Assembly (NCBI GenBank): GCA_965371465.1
Contig: CBDUYM010000013.1
Coordinates: forward strand, 14,526-78,525
From: an uncultured Alphaproteobacteria bacterium
GTDB taxonomy: Bacteria > Pseudomonadota > Alphaproteobacteria > CBDUYM01
Length of the DNA stretch: 64,000 nucleotides
Direction of reading: 5' to 3'
Every line of letters begins with the position of its first letter. Within the stretch, counting starts at the first letter, position 1. Position numbers and translations under genes: made by a program. Of this stretch, positions 58,449 to 64,000 are shown piece by piece. A model generated the notes under the pieces. The model did no database searches and was not told the DNA's origin. It saw only the letters and a program-made list of their open reading frames with translations.

Positions 58449-59746
58449 ACGGTCGCGTCACAAGCGTCAGTGCGGATTTGATGCGCACACCTCACGCCTG
58501 GCTCAACGGATTGATGGTCACGTCAGCGGCCGTTCTGGTCGTTTTTGTGACCTGGGCTGCCCTGGCGGAGATTGATGAGGTTGTCCGCGGAACCGGCGTC
58601 GTCATCACCTCCCAAAGCATGCAGGTTGTGCAGCATCTGGAAGGCGGCATTCTTGCAGAGCTGCTCATTGAGGAAGGAGACCAGGTTGAAGAAGGCCAGG
58701 TCATCATGCGCATTGATGATACGGGTCTTGCGGCTCGCCTTCGGGAAGACACGCAACGCTACTACAGTCTGGTTGGTACGCTTGCGCGGCTGACTGCTGA
58801 GATTGAAGGCGGCGATATTGTCCTGCCGGACTCTATCCTGGAAGGCCGGGAAGCAATCCTGAGGCGCGAAGAGGAACTCTATGCCAGCCATCAGTCCCAG
58901 CTTCGGAACTCGCTTGCTATCCTTGGCCAGCAGGTTGTGCAGCGCCGCGAAGAACGCGCCGGATATCTGCAGGAATACAGAAGCCTTGCTGAGAGCATCA
59001 AGATCGCAGAACAGGAACAGGACATGATCGAAGAGTCCTATTACATGGGCGCGGTCTCTCAGATGCAGGTTCTGCAAAAGCGCCGTGAAATTAATGACCT
59101 GGTAACCCAATACAACAACGCCAGAAACGCCTATCAGCGAACGCAAGCCGCTCTCGCCGAAGCTGAGGAACGGGTGCTTGAGAAACAGCAATCCTTCGAG
59201 TCTGAGGTTTTGGGGCTGCGCAATGAGATCCAGGCCGAGGTTTCTGTCCTTGAGGAAACTATCATTGCTGCCCTCGATCGCGTGGCACGGACCGAAGTCC
59301 GGTCACCAATCAAAGGAACGATCAATACCGTTCACATCAAGACCATTGGCGGTGTCGTCACACCTGGTATGGATCTGATCGACATCGTGCCGGAACAGAA
59401 CTCGCTGCTGATAGACGCACTGATTCCGCCGAAGGATCGTGGTTTCCTTGTTCCCGGGCAAGCCACCAATGTCAAAATCACAGCATATGACTTTGCCATC
59501 TGGGGCTCTCTGGAGGGGCAGCTTGAAAACATCAGTGCCGATACAACAACGGATGAACGCGGCAACACGTTTTATCATGTTCGGGTTCGCACCGATGAAA
59601 CGGTTCTGATCAAAGGCGGCCAGGAAAAAGATGTGGTTGTCGGGATGGAAGCCCAGGTGGATGTACTGACCGGCAAGCGCACCGTGCTGAATTACCTGCT
59701 GAAACCCATCCACCGCGCCATGGACAATGCTCTATCGGAACGCTAG
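58445..59746 (+). CDS. HlyD-family type I secretion membrane fusion protein
   Basis: 433 aa. The start overlaps the ABC stop (ATGA). It has an N-terminal TM helix, a lipoyl-like motif GDQVEEGQVIMRIDD, a long coiled coil, and the C-terminal RTVLNYLLKPI motif. Confidence 0.9.
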   Translation: MNGRVTSVSADLMRTPHAWLNGLMVTSAAVLVVFVTWAALAEIDEVVRGTGVVITSQSMQVVQHLEGGILAELLIEEGDQVEEGQVIMRIDDTGLAARLREDTQRYYSLVGTLARLTAEIEGGDIVLPDSILEGREAILRREEELYASHQSQLRNSLAILGQQVVQRREERAGYLQEYRSLAESIKIAEQEQDMIEESYYMGAVSQMQVLQKRREINDLVTQYNNARNAYQRTQAALAEAEERVLEKQQSFESEVLGLRNEIQAEVSVLEETIIAALDRVARTEVRSPIKGTINTVHIKTIGGVVTPGMDLIDIVPEQNSLLIDALIPPKDRGFLVPGQATNVKITAYDFAIWGSLEGQLENISADTTTDERGNTFYHVRVRTDETVLIKGGQEKDVVVGMEAQVDVLTGKRTVLNYLLKPIHRAMDNALSER

Positions 59747-59752
59747 CCCGGC

Positions 59753-60751
59753 CTAGAATTCAATACAGATCTTTCCGAAGTGCGTGCCCGCCTGCATGGT
59801 CCGGAAGGCTTCCTGAGCATCGTCAAAGCTGAATCTCTTGTCGATCACCGGCTGCATGCCGTTCGCTGACATGGCGGCAATCATATCGACCATCATGGCG
59901 CGGCTGCCGACCGAGATGCCGGTCATATGCAGATTGTTCCCGAATATGGATCCAATAGGAATTTCCTTTGAAAATCCTGACAGAATACCGATCAGGATGA
60001 TATTGCCGCCGACCTTTGCTGCGCCGATTGCGTTCAACAGCGTTTCGCTGCCCCCCACTTCAACGATGTGATCGACACCCGCACCACCTGTCAGACCGCG
60101 CGCCGCGCGACCCCATTCAGGTTCCGAGGTATAGTTAATCCCGTGATCCGCGCCGAGCGCCTTTGCCCGTTCCAGTTTTTCATCGGCTGAAGAGGTGATA
60201 ATCACCTCTGCGCCGGACATTTTGGCGAACTGAAGCGCAAAGATTGAGACACCACCGGTTCCCTCACAAAGAACAGTGTCGCCGGCCTTGACGTGGCATT
60301 CTTCAATGAGCGCGCGCCAGGCTGTCAGGCCGGCACAGGGCAGGGTCGACGCTTCAGCCAGGGTCATGCTGTCCGGGATCGGCACAACACCCATTTCGCT
60401 GAGAAGAGCATATTCCTGAAGCATGCCGTCAAGGACGCCGCCCAGGGGCTGGCTCCGATTTGCGGCAGAGGGTCCCCCTTCGACCCAGGTCTGGAAAAAC
60501 ACTGAGGCCACCCGGTCACCTTCCTTGAGTGATTGTACGCCGTCGCCGACAGCTGAAATAGTGCCCGCTCCACAGGAACAGGGAACCAATGGATCGCCGG
60601 CAGGCCGCTGGATCGTCAACAAATCTCGGTAGTTCAGAGATACAGCCTCTACTTTGACAACCACCTGGCCTGGGCCGGGCGTCGGCATGTCGCGTTCGCC
60701 AATTTTCAGATTGTCGATGCTCTGGCCCTCAATAATTTCATACGCGCGCAT
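59753..60751 (-). CDS. NAD(P)-dependent MDR-family alcohol dehydrogenase/oxidoreductase
   Basis: 332 aa with an MDR layout and the nucleotide-binding region CEGTGGVSIFALQFAKMSGA. It converges on the hlyD-like gene with a 6-nt gap. Confidence 0.8.
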   Translation of the reverse strand: MRAYEIIEGQSIDNLKIGERDMPTPGPGQVVVKVEAVSLNYRDLLTIQRPAGDPLVPCSCGAGTISAVGDGVQSLKEGDRVASVFFQTWVEGGPSAANRSQPLGGVLDGMLQEYALLSEMGVVPIPDSMTLAEASTLPCAGLTAWRALIEECHVKAGDTVLCEGTGGVSIFALQFAKMSGAEVIITSSADEKLERAKALGADHGINYTSEPEWGRAARGLTGGAGVDHIVEVGGSETLLNAIGAAKVGGNIILIGILSGFSKEIPIGSIFGNNLHMTGISVGSRAMMVDMIAAMSANGMQPVIDKRFSFDDAQEAFRTMQAGTHFGKICIEF

Positions 60752-60866
60752 GGTCTGTCCTTCTGGAAATGAAGATGTCTGAATTTACATTTACATGACT
60801 TTGACTAATATCGCTCACCAGAAAAGCAAGAACGCAAAACTTAAGACCATCTTCGAACGGGATTTC

Positions 60867-61766
60867 ATGTCCACTGATTCAATCACTGAAGAACCATACT
60901 GGTTTGCCCAGGCCATCGCCGCACCCCATCAGAGCCGCACCGTTGATGTCGAAGGCTGCCCCGTCCATTTCCTTGAATGGGGCGATCCCGAGAAGCCGCC
61001 CCTGCTGTTTGTCCATGGTGCTCGTGCCCATGCCCGCTGGTTTGCATTTGTAGCGCCCCTGCTGATGGACGAGTTCCATGTTGCCTCCATGGACCTGAGC
61101 GGCAATGGCGATAGTGGCTGGCGAGACGAATACACCGGCGAAATCTTTTCCAAGGAAATTCTGAGCGTGGCAAAAGCGCTGGGTCCCGATCCTTTCGTGG
61201 TCGGCCACAGTTTTGGCGGCATGCTGACGACGCGCACAGCCATTGAATATGAGAACGAACTTGCGGGCATTGTTCTTCTGGATGCGGTTCTTCGCTGGCC
61301 CAAGCCTGTGGCAGAGGCTGTCAACCGACCGATGAGAGAACCAAGGCCGACAAAAGTCTATGAGGACTTCCATGAAGCGACCGGTCGTTTTCGGCTCATG
61401 CCGGACCAGACCTGCAAAAATCAGTTCATCATGGACTATGTGGGCCGCCACTCCCTTCGTGCGCTCGAAGGCGGCTACACATGGAAATTTGACCACCGCT
61501 CTCATGAACAGCCCGTCGTCGAGCCTGAGGGCAAAACGCTTCAGGATCTGAATTGCCGTGTTGCCGCGATCTGGGGGTCAGACAGCGTCCGTCGAATTCC
61601 CATATTCACAGATATCACCGCGGAAGCCCTTGCCGGTAAGGGCACGATCTATCAGCTGCCAGGAGCACAGCATCACATGATGCTTGACCTGCCGCGGGAA
61701 ATGGCCGCCATGGTGCGCGACATCATTGGGGCCTGGGTGCACGAAGATCGAAGCATCGCGGCATAG
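60867..61766 (+). CDS. alpha/beta hydrolase
   Basis: About 299 aa from ATG 60867 (the track start 60795 is possible). It has a GHSFGG nucleophile elbow and HGARAHARWF near the N-terminus. Confidence 0.7.
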   Translation: MSTDSITEEPYWFAQAIAAPHQSRTVDVEGCPVHFLEWGDPEKPPLLFVHGARAHARWFAFVAPLLMDEFHVASMDLSGNGDSGWRDEYTGEIFSKEILSVAKALGPDPFVVGHSFGGMLTTRTAIEYENELAGIVLLDAVLRWPKPVAEAVNRPMREPRPTKVYEDFHEATGRFRLMPDQTCKNQFIMDYVGRHSLRALEGGYTWKFDHRSHEQPVVEPEGKTLQDLNCRVAAIWGSDSVRRIPIFTDITAEALAGKGTIYQLPGAQHHMMLDLPREMAAMVRDIIGAWVHEDRSIAA

Positions 61767-61896
61767 CCCTTGATCTAACTTGAGAGCCGTTCGCAATTGA
61801 TCGGGAAACGCCTTGGCGGCCCGATCCATTCCTAGTAAGAGGAACGCTAACCAATTTTCTTGGACCCCGCAAAAGGGGCGAAATCAATGAAAATAG

Positions 61897-62895
<999 letters not shown>

Positions 62896-62919
62896 CCGCC
62901 ACAAGTTTTCTGGGGGAGG

Positions 62920-62960
62920 GAGGGCGCTCACTCTATCGTTTGAGGGAGCGCCCTTTCTTA
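62920..62960 (+). terminator. rho-independent terminator
   Basis: AGGGCGCTC (62921-62929) pairs with GAGCGCCCT (62946-62954), followed by TTCTTATT. It lies 26 nt after the NMO stop. Confidence 0.7.
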
Positions 62961-63291
62961 TTGTACCTCTGGTGCTGCAGCCATACAGGGTCCTGAGCTT
63001 TCCGATGACTGGTGTTCATGACAAAACGTCAGATTAGCGCGTCACAGCTCGCAAACTGCCCGGCCTTCGCCAACCGGCAGATTCAGATTCATGATTTGTA
63101 ACAATTACTTAAAGACAATGGATTAGGAAAAATTTCCAACAGTTGACTTAAACTTAATCGTCTGCTTATTTGCTTTGCAAAGGAAATACTTCTTTCTGTG
63201 ACCCGCCTCCAAGTCAGCGTGGGATGCAGAGCTTCACTGGGAAGGTAACGGCGGATCGCATATCCGAAGTTCAATTGTGGAGTACAAGAGT

Positions 63292-64000
63292 ATGGCTAAA
63301 ATCTATGGTACCCGCGGCGCCGACATTCTCATTGGCACCGATTTCAATGACATTATCCATGGTCTTGGCGGCAATGACAGGCTGTATGGCCTTGCGGGCG
63401 ATGATCAGCTGTTCGGTGATGAAGGGAATGACATCCTTCGGGGTGGCCTCGGCACCAACGTCCTGAATGGCGGCACCGGTCGGGATCATGCGCAATACCA
63501 CACTTACATTGACCTTGGTCTGAACCACATCGTAGTTGATTTGCAGCGTGGCACGGCCAAAGGCTATAGCGACAGTGGCGCTGTAATCATCAACGACACA
63601 CTGATCAGTATTGAAGTCGTCAAGGGATCCCAGGGAGATGATATTCTCTCGGGCAGCACCAGATCCGAGACACTCCTCGGCGGTGCCGGAGATGATATTT
63701 TGACCGGTCTTCAGGGCAATGACCGGCTGATCGGCAACAGTGGCAATGACACATTCCATGCTCGCTTTGGCAGCGACATAGTCAAGGGCGGCGCGGGCGT
63801 GGACGAGGTGTCATATGTGCGCGCTGTGGGAGGTGTAGACATTGCTCTGGGTTTGAACGGCAAGTGGGGTCGTGCCATTGAGCTCGATGCGGATGGTAGG
63901 GAAACCAGCCGCGATGCTCTTCACAGCATTGAAAATGTTATTGGCACTGACTTTGATGACGTCTTCAGGGGCAATGAGCTCGCCAACATCATTCAGGGCG
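63292..64000 (+). CDS. RTX (hemolysin-type calcium-binding repeat) protein, 5' part; continues beyond the window
   Basis: I translated this frame by hand from ATG 63292 to the window end and found no stop. It is absent from the ORF track because it has no stop in the window. The sequence MAKIYGTRGADILIGTDFNDIIHGLGGNDRLYGLAGDDQLFGDEGNDILRGGLGTNVLNGGTGRD...SIENVIGTDFDDVFRGNELANIIQG contains GGxGxD nonapeptide repeats. Confidence 0.85.
   Translation, partial: MAKIYGTRGADILIGTDFNDIIHGLGGNDRLYGLAGDDQLFGDEGNDILRGGLGTNVLNGGTGRDHAQYHTYIDLGLNHIVVDLQRGTAKGYSDSGAVIINDTLISIEVVKGSQGDDILSGSTRSETLLGGAGDDILTGLQGNDRLIGNSGNDTFHARFGSDIVKGGAGVDEVSYVRAVGGVDIALGLNGKWGRAIELDADGRETSRDALHSIENVIGTDFDDVFRGNELANIIQG

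Overview
Gene-dense chromosomal segment with about 55 protein genes and short intergenic gaps. Gene content suggests a moderately GC-rich alphaproteobacterium: a GapR/DUF2312 homologue, a 41-aa L36, gltBD, glcDEF and alpha-type XRE regulators. I found no rRNA, tRNA, CRISPR array, IS element or integrase by eye. Content from left to right: (1) the 3' end of a PDZ protease gene. (2) A minus-strand string of DhlA-like haloalkane dehalogenase, DsbD/ScsB-like reductase and an ASST-like protein. (3) A tightly packed plus-strand array: a signal-peptide-bearing DUF62 SAM hydrolase, a free-standing copy of its C-terminal domain, an M14 carboxypeptidase, an atypical SDR, a PSMA-like M28 peptidase, an AAC(3)-fold acetyltransferase and adhC. 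(4) Two tandem acyl-CoA synthetase paralogues. (5) gltB-gltD-chaC. (6) Housekeeping genes: HCCA isomerase, Uup-like ABC-F, hydrolases, an IMPase/HisN-like protein, glpD, an XRE regulator, a quinone oxidoreductase, an ABC1 kinase, gapR, FGase, glycerate kinase, pyk, glcDEF, rpmJ, yaaA, a Sel1-repeat protein, a hotdog protein and YceI. (7) A PspF/sigma-54-controlled phage-shock locus of non-canonical composition: pspF, an orphan secreted ORF, a sigma-54 promoter, an unannotated 34-aa membrane peptide, pspA, pspC and a Toastrack/DUF2807 protein, with no pspB. (8) An unknown ORF with a possible RNase-H-like N-terminus. (9) A LuxR-type response regulator next to a TolC / ABC / HlyD type I secretion operon. 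(10) Three metabolic genes. (11) The 5' end of an RTX repeat protein that runs off the window. The most interesting items are the exported DUF62 pair with its surrounding hydrolase array, and the psp locus with its small peptide. All calls come from reading the translated ORFs and recalling family motifs. No database search or computation was possible, so family names are hypotheses of varying strength.
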